The translations under genes were made by a program, and so were the position numbers. DNA of 64,000 nucleotides from Octopus bimaculoides (lineage: Eukaryota). The stretch covers positions 107,605,948-107,669,947 of the forward strand of contig NC_068985.1 of assembly GCF_001194135.2 (NCBI RefSeq), given 5' to 3'. Positions 39,854-53,283 of this stretch are shown here, one piece after another. The stretch's first letter is position 1. Every line of letters begins with the position of its first letter. A model generated the notes under the pieces. The model made no database searches and had not been told where the DNA came from. It saw only the letters and a list, made by a program, of their open reading frames with translations.

Positions 39854-40244
39854 GGAGGCACAATGGCCCAGTGGTTAGGGCAGCGGACTCGCAGTCATAA
39901 GATTGCAGTTTCGATTCCCAGACCAGGCATTGTGAGTGTTTATTGAGCAAAAACACCTATGCTCCACGAGGCCCCGGCAGGGGATTGTGGCGAACCCTGC
40001 TGTACTCTTTCACCACAACTTTCTCTCACTCTTACTTCCTGTTTCTGTTGTGCCTGTAATTCAAAGGGGCCAGCCTTGTCACACTGTGTCACGCTGAATA
40101 TCCCCCGAGAACTACGTTAAGAGTACACGTTGTCTGTGGAGTGCTCAGCCACTTGCACGTTAATTTCACGAGCAGGCTGTTCCGTTGATCGGATCAACTG
40201 GAACCCTCGACGTCGTAAGCGACGGAGTGCCAACAACAACAACA
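39854..40244 (+). mobile_element. tRNA-derived SINE family D1 nested inside an older A/B-type head
   Basis: TSD aaccaaagccttgagt at 39838-39853 and 40245-40260; the host SINE starts at about 39745 and resumes after 40260; (AAC)n tail. Confidence 0.95.
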
Positions 40245-41332
40245 AACCAAAGCCTTGAGTGGATTTTATAGACAGAAGCTGAGAGGAACCCATCAAATGT
40301 GTGTGTGTGTAAACAAATGTTATCATACATTTGAAAACAAATGAGGGTCAAAGACAAGAAGGGCTTAAATCTGAAGATAATCTGCCTTGACAAATTTCAT
40401 TTGACCCGTCAAAGCATAAAAAAGTGAACTTCAGAAACAAATATGAGGTTTGTCAAACTTCTCACATTGTAATGTGAATTTCCAGCATTGACAGTCTCTC
40501 CAAGCATTTCACTGAAAATACCCACATTTGAGAAATTCTCCCACATTTACAATACTCTAAGTTCTACTGTTCCAGAGCACCACTGACAGCACTTCATAAT
40601 GTTTTATTTGGACTGTTTTTCAGCTTAGTCTGGAACATGTAAAAAATGTTTGCCCTTATTGGGTTTAGAAAGGTCTGTCTGTTATTGAATGATCAATCCT
40701 AATGTGTGTACTGAAGTTAAAACTTTACTGGACATGCGATAAAGTGGCAAAACACTGGATGATGAATCTCTGGCAGCAAACAAACAGATTAGCTTTCACA
40801 AAGCTTCCTCCCCCTCTGATTTACAATCTGTATCCTCTCTTATGCTCACCTTGTATTGTGAGAGCTTGCTTTGGCACCCTATCACTACCATCTTTTCTTC
40901 CCAGCTACTCCTGCACACCCTTATATAATGCAAGGTAGTCACATATCAGTAACAAGACACCTGTACTTGTCTTACCATACTTTAACCCGATCAATTTGAA
41001 CATGAAACATGTTGTATATTTGGGTCTGATATAGCTATTTTAAATACTAAAAGGTTAAAGATTACAAAGAAATGCTCAAAACTAGATTCACGAGAAAATT
41101 ATGGAAGCTTTTGTCATGACAGTTTGGCTGAGGTTACAAAATACAGCAATAGTTACCATTTGTGAGCATAAAAGCTTTAAGGGAAGCTTCAATTTATATG
41201 TACATACATTTCAATATAATTCTTTTCGACTTTAAATGCCAAAGTTTAATCTGCAATTTTTCCCAGTTCAGTACAACATCCAATGAAAATCAGTCTATTT
41301 TCAGTTTGCTAATGACTGAAATATTTCCAGAC

Positions 41333-41493
41333 AATGCAGGTATGGGTGTGTGGTTAAGAAGTTGGCTTTCCAACCACATGGGTTTGGACTCAGTTCCTTT
41401 GTGCTGCACTTTGGGCAAGTGTTTTCAACAAGCCCTATGCCCATCAAAGCCTTTTTAGTGAAGAATTTGGTAGATGGAAACTGAAATAAGCTG

Positions 41494-41542
<49 letters not shown>

Positions 41543-41750
41543 GTGTTAGTCTCTCATTGTTTTGAAATTGTGTGATTATGGTAAATGAACATCTTTCATT
41601 TCCAATATGCAAAAACATGTCTGTCCAAGGGAAAATATTATCTTGCTTGGAAACAGGTAAGGATTAGCAATAGGGCATTAAGCTATAGAAAATCTGACCC
41701 ATGCAGGCATGGAGAATTGGACGTGATAACGACGAGGATGATAATGAATG
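41333..41750 (+). mobile_element. SINE family B
   Basis: Head, (TG)n, tail cccatgcaggcatggagaattggacg. Confidence 0.85.
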
Positions 41751-42505
41751 AAATTGCACTGAAATTCAGTTCCTTGAGAAAACTTGGGTATTACAGTCCT
41801 CACTTTTCAAAATAATATTTCTTGTTGCAGTAAACCTGGAAGATGGGGGGGGGGGCGTGTTATAAGTATAAGCTAGCCAAGAACATGCTTATGCACGCAA
41901 AAAAAGATAACCATGTAGTATAAAACTGGACAGAAACTAGGAGAACATTTAGCTTAATATATTATTGTATTTGAGCACTGGACATGTAAATGATGTAATG
42001 TAAGCAAATGAATACAATTATCCTAATCCTTTATGGTGTCCTATTACATAACAAATGGTGCAAGCCAACTTTTAAGAGAACCTCATTAAATTAACATTGT
42101 ATTTATTGATGTATAATATGTATTTGAATACAAAGCAAAGAAATCTCAGCAAAATATCTCTTGTATGCAAGAGGTGTGTATACAATAGCCTGGTAATTGC
42201 AGTTTTCGTTATACATACATAAATATAATGGTACAACAAAATCTGCAATTGTTTTTGCACGAAACCTATAATGCATTTATTTTAAGGTTTAAAATCCGAA
42301 TATNNNNNNNNNNNNNNNNNNNNNNNNNNNNNNNNNNNNNNNNNNNNNNNNNNNNNNNNNNNNNNNNNNNNNNNNNNNNNNNNNNNNNNNNNNNNNNNNN
42401 NNNNNNNNNNNNNNNNNNNNNNNNNNNNNNNNNNNNNNNNNNNNNNNNNNNNNNNNNNNNNNNNNNNNNNNNNNNNNNNNNNNNNNNNNNNNNNNNNNNN
42501 NNNNN

Positions 42506-42582
<77 letters not shown>

Positions 42583-42957
42583 AATATATGCTAATATACA
42601 AACCTACTCCAAACTAACAAAACAAAACAAAAAAACCCTCAAATCTATAAATGCTTATTTTTTTAGCACTCACTACACTATATTTCTACAAGGGTTTCTT
42701 CAAGTTTGTTGACAATTCTGATGTGTATGTGTGTTACATGGATGTAAGTGAACGAATCATGTTATCCTAGTACTTTAAACATGTATACAATGCATGGACA
42801 GTAGTGAAAATCTGTTCATAAACAATAAAAACGTGTACGTTTGTCTGTATCCAGCTGTCAGATTTTTTTTTAAACATACACGGTGGCTGTACAGAGGTGG
42901 AAAGTTATTCCTAAACTATAGAAATGTGTATGCGTACATCTACACTGATTTGTATGC

Positions 42958-43021
<64 letters not shown>

Positions 43022-43031
43022 NNNNNNNNNN

Positions 43032-43102
<71 letters not shown>

Positions 43103-44605
43103 TTACGGAAAAAGTTAATTCAGAAATTAATTCCTTAAGAGAACAGGTAAAACGGTATATCTCACCAGCTCTGATTCTACTGTCGTGTGTTTGGTAGTTC
43201 AATCAAGAGTAAATGGAAAAAATTAATATCATGCACTGCCCCATGTGAATTTCTTTCTTGACTTGGTGGGCTTAATGCCAAAACAACATCAAGGAGGAGG
43301 AAGTAGGAAAGTAAAGAACACACCACATCCTGCTATCGTTCAAGAACAGTTTACATAGCAGCCAGTCCTTCACCACCCAGCTGTGAAGTCTTCTTTCTTA
43401 ATGAATCTAAAAACAGTACCATTCAAAAGAAACTTAGCAACTATATTATAATAACAATCCTTTCTACTATAGGCACAAGGCCTGAATTTTTTCGGAGAGG
43501 GGGCTAATCGACCCCGAAAGGGTTGAAAGGCGAAGTAGACGTCGGTAGAATTTGTACTTAGAGCGTAAAACATTAAGAAATGTGCTAAGCATTTTTTTTT
43601 TGCAGTAGGCTGTGACCCTTATTTTTATTACTATAACTTTAAAAATTGTGTGATTCCTATCACAAACACATACATGCGATTGTATTACTACTATAAATAT
43701 AGAAATGATTTTAGTTCTAAGCAAGGATACATCACTTTTCTGAAACTATCGACAAAAATTGTTAATTTAATATGATTACAGAAACAGTCTATTTGTTACA
43801 CAACTTCCATCACAAACTCACATTATATACGTATTTATAATTATAGCTTTCACATACGCACTCGTTACATGCATGCGCAAACCATTTTTTAAAAAAGACA
43901 ATTCGAAACAGTGAGGCAGCTAAAAACACGTACATATTTCACACTATATGACACCAAACATGATATAAACACCGCCAGCTCATCTCCAAAGGGTAACAGG
44001 AATGTTAGTGTTGGCCAAAATGATTATTTTGAAGATCAGGGGAAAAGAGCTGGCACTCAAGTGCAGCCCTGGCTATCGGGCAGTGTTGGCAACCATAGCA
44101 TGATGCCTTGTAATACTTAATTCTAACTGCTTACATTCTCAGTTCAAATCCCGATGGAGTCCTCTTTGCTTTTCATCTTATTAAGGGTAATAAAGTGGGC
44201 ACGAGCGGTGTACAGGGATCTTTCTGATTTGGCGAATCAGAAAGATCCAATAAATATATATATATATATATATATACACATTATCCGAAATGTATAGTAT
44301 TATATATCCATCACGGCTGATCTTACCAATCGGTTTCGCACACATACACACACACATATATATATTCTAGAGAGGCCACTCGCTAGAGAAGCCTTAAGCC
44401 AACAGGTTTTGGTATTTGATGATACGCCATAAAACTAAACCCTTTATGGACGACGTGAAACCTAAGGTAATCCCACAAACCGGAATACACACACCACTCG
44501 TTTTCGGCGTCACCCTAACTGCTCAGTGTGCGTACTTTTTGCCTTCGCATATATATATNNNNNNNNNNNNNNNNNNNNNNNNNNNNNNNNNNNNNNNNNN
44601 NNNNN

Positions 44606-44656
<51 letters not shown>

Positions 44657-45009
44657 TGCTATCTTTGAAACGATTATTATTGTCGCAGCATCAGCGCCAA
44701 GCAGTGACTAGAAATAAATCAACTTTAGGTTAGTTAAAATGTTTGATATATTTTAACTTCTAAAGGCAAATTCATTGCAGTTACGGGGGAGAAAAAAATT
44801 CTCTATTATGATAAACGGTGTTAAGAGAGGATTTTTTTTCCCCCCACGGTAACTGCAGTGAATTTGCCTTTTGAAGTTAAAATATGTCACAAACATTGTC
44901 ATACACCCAACATTGCCGCACTATAATGAGCAAAACTAGTAAAAGTAAGGTAAACTGGTTTCAATTTCAGATTAGAGCTTTTTTCTTCATATATAGTTGT
45001 AGCGCACCT

Positions 45010-45325
45010 GAGCACGTATGGCTGTACGGTTAAATGATTCGCTTTACAGCCACATGATTTGGGCGAATATCTTCTATAACACCGGGTTGAACAATGCCTC
45101 ATGTGTGAATTTGGTGAACGGAAACTGTGGAAACCAGTTTTGTGTCAGTGTGTTTCTTTGCTCTCCATCACCACTTGACACGTGATGGATTTTTCTTATG
45201 TCCACGCCACTTAACAATTGATCAAAACAGACTAAAAAAAAAATACTGGTGTCGATTTGATCGACTAAACCATAGAAGGCGGTGCTCCAGCATGGTCACA
45301 GTCTGTTGACTGAAACCAGTAAAAG
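45010..45325 (+). mobile_element. SINE family A, old and decayed
   Basis: ggcggtgctccagcatggtcacagtc...gactgaaaccagtaaaagg tail. Confidence 0.75.
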
Positions 45326-47362
45326 GAATATAAGGATCATGTTACCGTTTTTTTTTCAACTGGGGGAAAAAAAGAAGTTAACCGGGCTGTCGTACAGTAG
45401 AAGCTGTTTGAGAGAATGTTGGATATAAATAACAAAAGGGAACAAATGTCCCATGAGAAATTAAAAGAAGAGGAAAAAATTAGCTTCTAAATGCAATAAA
45501 TATTCACTGAGAAGAGACCACCAAATTTGAAAGTAAGAATATACATCGGAAAAGTCAGCCAGTCAGTCATTTCAGCAAGGGAACTTCACCATCTCTTACA
45601 CACACCAAACCTAGTCAAGCAAGACTGATTTAGCTTCCGTTTTTCTCACTCACTCTGCTCAGTGAATATACATTGTTGTAATAGTTGTTTGAACCCAGCT
45701 CGGCTTTATGATCAAAAGCATTCTAGCCGTAATCACTCCTTTTTTTCTGTAGGGAAGCCAGGACAACTACCGAACAAAGCCTTTTCTAACGAGACTGAGG
45801 GGGNNNNNNNNNNNNNNNNNNNNNGGGGGGGGGGGGTCGTTATTTCTAGGAAGTCGAGCGACCACGTTGAAACTCTCTCGTTATATACAAGGCATGGACA
45901 ACCTTTTTCGAGAAGAGGGATCACTAGAAGAAAAAAAAGTAATTGAAGGTAATTATTCGTCAGTCGAGTCATTCAAGAAGTACCACGGGCCGCAGTTTGC
46001 CTAAGACTATTATATACACTTTTTATGACATCATGAACAGGCAACATACACGCATGTCGTATGTATGCATACAACATGGTGTCACACCCCTTCTTTAGAT
46101 CTAGATCTTAACCCTTTAATGTCGGGTATATACAGCCCAATATTGCAAAAGTAATTTTTTTTTTTATCAAAGTTAGAAAAGTAATCTATTAATTTTTTTT
46201 ATTGCATGTACAATAAGTCTGTGCCAACTGTCGTATTTAGCAGATTCACCAAATTAATTACATACATACAAGCTCAAGAAATATTAAACAGGTACACACG
46301 ATATAAGCCATTCATGACATTATGCAGGTCGTACGCGCTAGATATGAAAATAAGTTATATATACTATACACAATGTATTCACAATACAGTTCATTAAGCA
46401 ATGTGAATGCAGACATACATATATTCGCACACGACAGTTAGTGAAAACTAGACTATTATAAAACATGCAAACATATGGTTAGCCGAGACAGTTGACAACT
46501 CTATGTAATATATACTTCAGAACATCCCGAAGAAAACCATTTTTTATTTGTTTTAAATTTTGACAATCTTAATTGCAATTAAATGAAGGCTGGTTTTATA
46601 TATATGGTAATTTGTTAGATTGGTCATATTAAACGTGTTTGGTAAAGCTAAAGTGCAGTGCTATACAAATTAAGAGAGAGAGACACACCAGGTGTCAACA
46701 TACACGACCATAAAACTACTAGCATTAACCAACTATATGATATATTCTACCGTTTCCAAGCGTAGTACTGTCTTCAACATGGTTTTTTTTTTATTTGGTG
46801 GAGGTGGGGCATTTCCTCGCTCTACAGTACAGATGAAGAAAAGCGTGTGTGCATCTATATTCTTGAATTTACAATATATGTACGATACTGTGTGAGATAG
46901 AAGATCGATTCTAAGAACCATTGGACAATATATAATGTAACAGAACAAAGCAAAGAAACTGTTTCCCTTGGAGAATTATCCTGTTTTGGAAGATTATTAT
47001 TTTTTCCCTAATTTATCAATAATAAATGCTGTCAACTATTTGCAATGAGATAGAAATTGAGCCTGGATAGATCATTAATATTATTCAGTAAATGTTTTTC
47101 ATATATATTTAAAAAATCGAAAAAGAAAAAGCGACAGTAATGAATAGTCAGTGGCGGACTTTGATGCAAAAAGAATAATAAAAAGTTTTGCAGAATCTTA
47201 ATTTTGGCTGTTTAAAACATAAAAAGAAATTTGAAGTTGTTCAAAATTCTTTTAAAAAGCATTTTTAAAATCAAAGCAGTGGGAAGGCGATTTTGTCGCT
47301 ACATTTCGTGTCTGTCATTTTTACGTAAGTCACAAAAATTGTGTATATATATAAACTGTGTG

Positions 47363-47411
<49 letters not shown>

Positions 47412-47539
47412 ATATATACACGACCTCTATGTGTACATAACATCTGTGTAATACACACACAAAGACGGTAATTTATCTGGGAAATGAAAGACACCACTCC
47501 AACTTACAAGCAATGCTATAAGTGGTCAACATGTCGAAT

Positions 47540-47885
47540 TCCGGTAAAAAACGGAAGGAACCACATAAAAACATGCCGCATTCACCTTAATTTACAGTAA
47601 CTACTAAATTTAAACAGTAAATTAACGTTCTATTGCATATTTTATAGAATGTAAAACATCACACCTTAGAATTTTCGGAGACATCAGGGGAGTCCGACGT
47701 GTTGTTGTACATGATAGTTCATTAGTCAATGTGGAAACCCTGTGATAATTAAGACTAATTACACTGGCTTCGTTACAGTTTTATAACATTTTATAAACAA
47801 TAAAACACAGTACTTTATGATTTTCGTACACATTTGTGGAATTCAAAATGACGTTTCAATGTGGTCCCTTCCGTTTTGTACCGGA
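47540..47885. promoter_or_regulatory. Outward-facing 27-bp inverted repeat pair with ETS-like CGGAAG core (candidate divergent promoter or old MITE ends)
   Basis: 47540-47566 reverse complement atgtggttccttccgttttttaccgga vs 47859-47885 atgtggtcccttccgttttgtaccgga (25/27), in a CpG-retaining region. Confidence 0.4.
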
Positions 47886-48319
47886 GGTCGTTGTTCATAG
47901 ACATTCGACAACTGAGTATCCTCGCTTTTATATATATAAATTAAAATCAGTCTTGTAATATGATCTATCTATAATTATATTTAGTTGTTGGTCAGCTCCC
48001 AAAGAGCTGGGGTTTCATTAATATTAAAAAAAAAAAATTTGGGTGACTATTTTGGTGTTATTTTTTTTTACTTCTGAAATTTTTAGCTGTTTTAATTGAT
48101 TTTGAAGGCAACGTTAATTAATTTGATACCTTACTCATTTTCGCCACGTTCAAATTTCGCTGTGGCTCGACTTCTTAACTTCAGTAAAAAAACAGCTGCC
48201 ACTAATTGTTGGATGTATTAGTCTTCAAAATAAATCAAGTAACAAGCTAAAATTCTTAATTGAAAAACAAAGTAATTATAGAAATTCTAGAAAATTAACC
48301 AACAACGAATTAGACATAG

Positions 48320-48380
<61 letters not shown>

Positions 48381-50449
48381 CACATACAGGACCGTATAAA
48401 AAAAACAATTTGAATTTAGGATCGTAGAAGCGATAAAGCATCAAATAAATTTCTAATGTTAAAATATATCGATAAAAAGTCCCAGGACATATAACACAAA
48501 TAGAGAAAACACGCACTGTCTCATGGAGAAGGAATTCGGTGTTTTGGGGTTATTTTTTATCCTGATTTAAAAAATATTTTTGTGTTTCATATAATAGAAA
48601 TTATAATTCTAAAAGAATTTTAGAATTTTCTTTCCAAAAATTTCAATATGTTTTTACAATTCCACCCTCCTCCGAGTTTTTACACTTTTCCTTCCTGTGA
48701 ATTGATTAATAATGGCTCTTTCAAAACTCCGGCAGCACGACATTCAGAATAAATTCCCTCTATGTAAGATTCCTATAATAAATATAGATAAATTACGAAG
48801 AAAACACACAACAAGAGACGTATAAGGAGAGACACACACGCACAGAAACATGTCACAGAGTTCTGGTAACTTTGTTTCTGCTTAAAAAAAAAAATAGGAC
48901 CTTTCTTTCATAGCCTGAGTCTCGTCGACGGTTCCCCCCCTTTTTTTTTTGTCCTGGCTTAAAAAACAACTTAAGACGACAGGTAGCAGACAGCATAACA
49001 AAGAACTCTTACTCATTGCAGCAATTTCCATCAAATATTTCACCGGTCTTTCATCTATTTGGTAGTTGATGGAGAGACAGAGAAAGAAAGTTTCCTTCCG
49101 ACGACAATGACTGGAGTAGGCGACATTATGCGAGGGAAAGAGAGATGATGGCAACTACATTTTCCCTCCCTCTCTCTTTATATATATCTATCTCTTCATC
49201 ACGGACTCTATAGCTATAAAGGTAGTTACTACAGTTTGGAGCCCCACCCCCAAAAAACACCCCCGTTTCTTCATAATTAAAAAAAAAATATATATTTTTA
49301 AATGAAATTTTGCAGAGATATGTTTTCGTGAGCGAATATAACAATTATGTTGATAACATTTAAACATTTATTTAAAGAAATTCCTGACAATTCCCCACCA
49401 TCACCACCACTCTCAACTTCGGGTTTTTCATAACTCGCTTTAAATTGCATATTTTTAAACGACATTTTGTACAAGTACGTTTTCGAGAGTAGAGATTACA
49501 TAATGTTGAAGTTTTAAACATAGAAATTTGAAAAGAAAAAAGTGAAAACGCTAAAGTTATGGAAATTAGTGTTAAACTCGGAGCATCCGGAAAGAAGAAC
49601 GATCCGAAACATTTAAAAAGAATTTTTTTCTATATTACTATCAACATAATTGTAATATATACTCTCAAAAAGATAACCGCAAAATTTCATTCAAAATATA
49701 TGTACATTTCCCAGAAAATATGAGTAAACAAATTCGAGGTGGGGCACTAATCTGTAGTTATATATATATATGTGCGTGTGCGGGCATAGTAGGTGGGAGA
49801 GTGGGAATAGTAGAGAAGCAAAGGCAGGAGTGGGAGGAGAAAGAGAGGTAGGAATATGAGAGTAATAGAGACAAATGACGTAGGGTGTGAGTTAGAAGTA
49901 GAAGCTGATAGAAGTGTGAAAGAGGTATAGGTAGAGGTAAGGGATTGTGTATGCTAATGATAAATAAAGAAGTGGGGAGGGGGGAAACAAAGCGGAAGCA
50001 AATTTGGCAGATATGTGTGTGGTGTGTTTGTGTGAGCATGCATATGTATGTGTGACACGCCGAGTTGAAAAACGTATACTAACCGAGATTATCCTTGTAA
50101 TTACAAGACAGAAACTCCCGCTAGATGTGTTTACAATCAAGAAATAGAAAGTAAAGGAGATTCAATAATCGATAGCTTATCCCTTTGATATTATTGTTTT
50201 TTTAGAAAATAAGGTTACATAGTTATGAGAGGATCTCGTCTTTAATGCCAACTAGTGAAAACAACAGCTATGTTTCATCCTTATTAGACCTCATCAGCAA
50301 TGCATAATCACCTCAGTTGGCTACAGTGAAGGGTGAGAGTATATATATAAAAAAAAAAGAGGTGGGGAAAAAGTGTAATAATAACAGGTTGGAGTAAAAT
50401 ACCTTGGAAAACGATCTAAGTGATATATGCATATTACATACACATACGT

Positions 50450-50825
50450 GGAGGCGCAATGGCCCAGTGGTTAGGGCAGCGGACTCGCGGTCATAGGATC
50501 GCGGTTTCGATTCCCAGACCGGGCGTTGTGATTGTTTATTGAGCGAAAACACCTAAAGCTCCACGAGGCTCCGGCAGGGGATGGTGGCGAACCCTGCTGT
50601 ACTCTTTCACCACAACTTTCTCTCACTCTTACTTCCTGTTTCCGTTGTGCCTGTAATTCAAAGGGTCAGCCTTGTCACAGTGTGTCACGCTGAATATCCT
50701 CGAGAACTACGTTAAGGGTACACGTGTCTGTGGAGTGCTCAGCCACTTGCACGTTAATTTCACGAGCAGGCTGTTCCGTTGATCGGATCAACTGGAACTC
50801 TTGACGTCGTAAGCGACGGAGTGCC
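50450..50825 (+). mobile_element. tRNA-derived SINE family D1, full length, young
   Basis: A-box tggcccagtgg, B-box ggtttcgattcc; 14-bp TSD acatacacatacgt (50436-50449, 50826-50839). Confidence 0.96.
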
Positions 50826-51019
50826 ACATACACATACGTACGTAACACTGTATCGATCAGACTATTGGATGATGTTATACACCACTAGTTACAATGCGCT
50901 TCCTCGCAATGTTGCAGCTTTCGAATAACGCGCGCGCGCACACACATACACACGTACAAAAAGAGAAAAAGTAGTACGAAAAGACTTCACAAACTGTTGC
51001 TGAGAGTTTCATGCAACCG

Positions 51020-51620
51020 CTCATCGGATAGTCGTCTTTCCCCCTCACACCTCTCCTCTCTTGCTCCGACTCCGACTTCTCTTCACTCCTATCCACCTTC
51101 TCATCCCCCTTCATCGTCACCCCTCCCCACCCCTACACATTCCAACCCTTCCTTTCTTATCCTTCCCATTCCTTACACCCACTCCCACATACCCCACCTC
51201 TACTCTCAGCTTTCCCCACTCTCGCCTCCCAACACACCACAACACACACACCAGCACTGACCAATTCCCAGCCCCACATTCTCGCACCTACACATACACA
51301 CACGCACACGTCAAGATCATCAGCCCTCTTCCACACGCACATAAAACTCTTATACACATGCACGCGCACCTTCGTTTTGGGATCACCACGACTTTATTAT
51401 CTCCCCTTCTCCCTAGCTCTCCTATGTGACCCTTCAGTCCGGCATTCGCCATGATAGATCGCTAGCCACAACACATTTTTTTCTCTCCTTGTTTCTTTCC
51501 GTGTTCCTTTCTGTGGAAGAGCGTAGGCTCGAAACGTTAAAGACTTTTTCCCTTCCCGAGCGTTATACTGTCTGATATACCGCCTGTCTTCGTCTTTTTT
51601 TTGTGTGTGAATTCTCCCTA
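51020..51620 (+). mobile_element. Probable Penelope-like element 3' region with variant hammerhead
   Basis: Long C-rich tract followed by cttt-ctgtgga-a-gagc-gtag-gctc-gaaa-cg-tt-aaag at 51506-51544. Confidence 0.55.
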
Positions 51621-52224
51621 TATATATATATATATATATAAGAGAGAGAGAGAGAGACCCTCATGAAATGGAGTGAAGTTTTAATTGGTCGCTGTTTTTT
51701 TTTTACCTTTTTCGTTGGACCAATGAAAAAACAGTACTTCTTAGGCATGCTCTGGACTATATAGACAGAACTCATCTTTCTGTAGAAGCTGGTAGAACAT
51801 GTCTTGTAAAAGACAAATTTCGCTTGAACGAAGCAGCGATAATCTCTATCTTGATTCCTCCAAGCAATCTTACCATTTATATATTTCTTTCTTTTATTTC
51901 AACATTTTCCGCTCACACTAGAGGTGTAACTCAAAAGACCTATATTTTAAGAACGTGTCCCTAACACTTCTTTCACAGCAAGATAAATTTAATCCTTCTT
52001 TCTTGTTAGTTTTGTGACTGAAAATTGTGGCTTTTCCCTTTACAAATTACAGTCTCATTGACATCTATACTTTTAGCAACTTGTGTAATCAAGCACGTGC
52101 TTCAACTTGTTGTTTGTGAGTTCGTACAACATCGTCGATGCACATTTTTTGGCAGGGTGAGAACAACTGTCCAACTTCCACTTGGACACAGCCTCATCAT
52201 GCGGTATCAATAACCGACCTTAGA

Positions 52225-52406
52225 AATACTCCTACTCTTTTACTTGTTTCAGTCATTTGACTGTGGCCATGCTGGGGCACCGCCTTTAGTCCAGCAAATT
52301 GACCCCAGGACTTATTCTTTGGAAGCCTAGTACTTATTCTATCGGTCTCTTTTGCCGAACCGCTAAGTTACGGAGACGTAAACACACCNNNNNNNNNNAC
52401 AAACAT

Positions 52407-52453
<47 letters not shown>

Positions 52454-52611
52454 TACGATGGGCTTCTTTCAGTTTCCGTCTACCAAATCCACTCCCAAGG
52501 CTTTGGTCGGCCCGAGGCTATAGTAGAAGACACTTGCCCAAGGTGCCACACAGTGGGAATGAACCCGGAACCATGTGGTTGGTAAGTAAGCTACTTACCA
52601 CTCTTGCGCCT
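52225..52611 (-). mobile_element. tRNA-derived SINE, family A, near full length
   Basis: Colinear reverse-complement copy with a short N-gap. Confidence 0.94.
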
Positions 52612-53283
52612 CTATGCTAGGAACTTTGTAATAAGTCAAGAAACAAAATGAAAATGTGAATTCCATACACCTTTTGCCTTATAGTTCCTTAATTGCAAAT
52701 TCAACTTTCTTATCCCACCAAGTATTAAGAAATGATTATCTTCCTTGTAATACCTGCGACTACTATGGGAAGCACACGTGTTTCCACTGCTCTTCTCACT
52801 GATAAGCAATTGCACATACACTTCTCATCCCTATTTCTCGCCGTCCACCCACACACTGTGGTCATTTGCTCGACACAGCTACACATTATACGTTATTCAC
52901 AACGCCCAAATATTTTTCATGCGTACTCACAGGTCGTTTATTTATTTAATTTTTTGTTGTCAACCTATTAAATCTAGGTCCTATTATGTCATTATCAATT
53001 ACATCCTATCACACCCTACATATTTTATGTCAATATCACACCATTCTATCTTGTCATCATCATACATTTCCACTAACATACTCACACATTCATACACTTC
53101 GTTTACACACTTAATTCCTTCCTACCCTCCTTCACACACACACACACACATACATACCCACCCACACATCCATCTAGCTATGTATCGATTTATTGCTCTT
53201 TATATATGAGCGTGTGTCTATTGTCTCGAAGACAGAACACAAATTAACAATATGCCTATTAATTCATATGTGTATTTAGAATT

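Noticed and set aside
40800-40920. Minus-strand exon ending at a strong gtgagc donor
   Set aside because: The acceptor is poor, and one frame (DRVPKQALTIQG) resembles a decayed RTE C-terminus.
45887-46007. Second hAT MITE
   Set aside because: The TIR and the 8-bp TSD (gttatata/attatata) are both imperfect in AT-rich context; plausible but not supportable.
50450-50525. tRNA genes at SINE heads (also 24649, 39854, 61040-61116, 63475-63549)
   Set aside because: A/B boxes are present, but the acceptor stem is not formed and each head runs into a multi-copy SINE body with TSDs or tails.
50875-51429. Pro/His/Ser-rich ORFs
   Set aside because: Low-complexity C-rich tract of a retroelement 3' region; compositional artefact.
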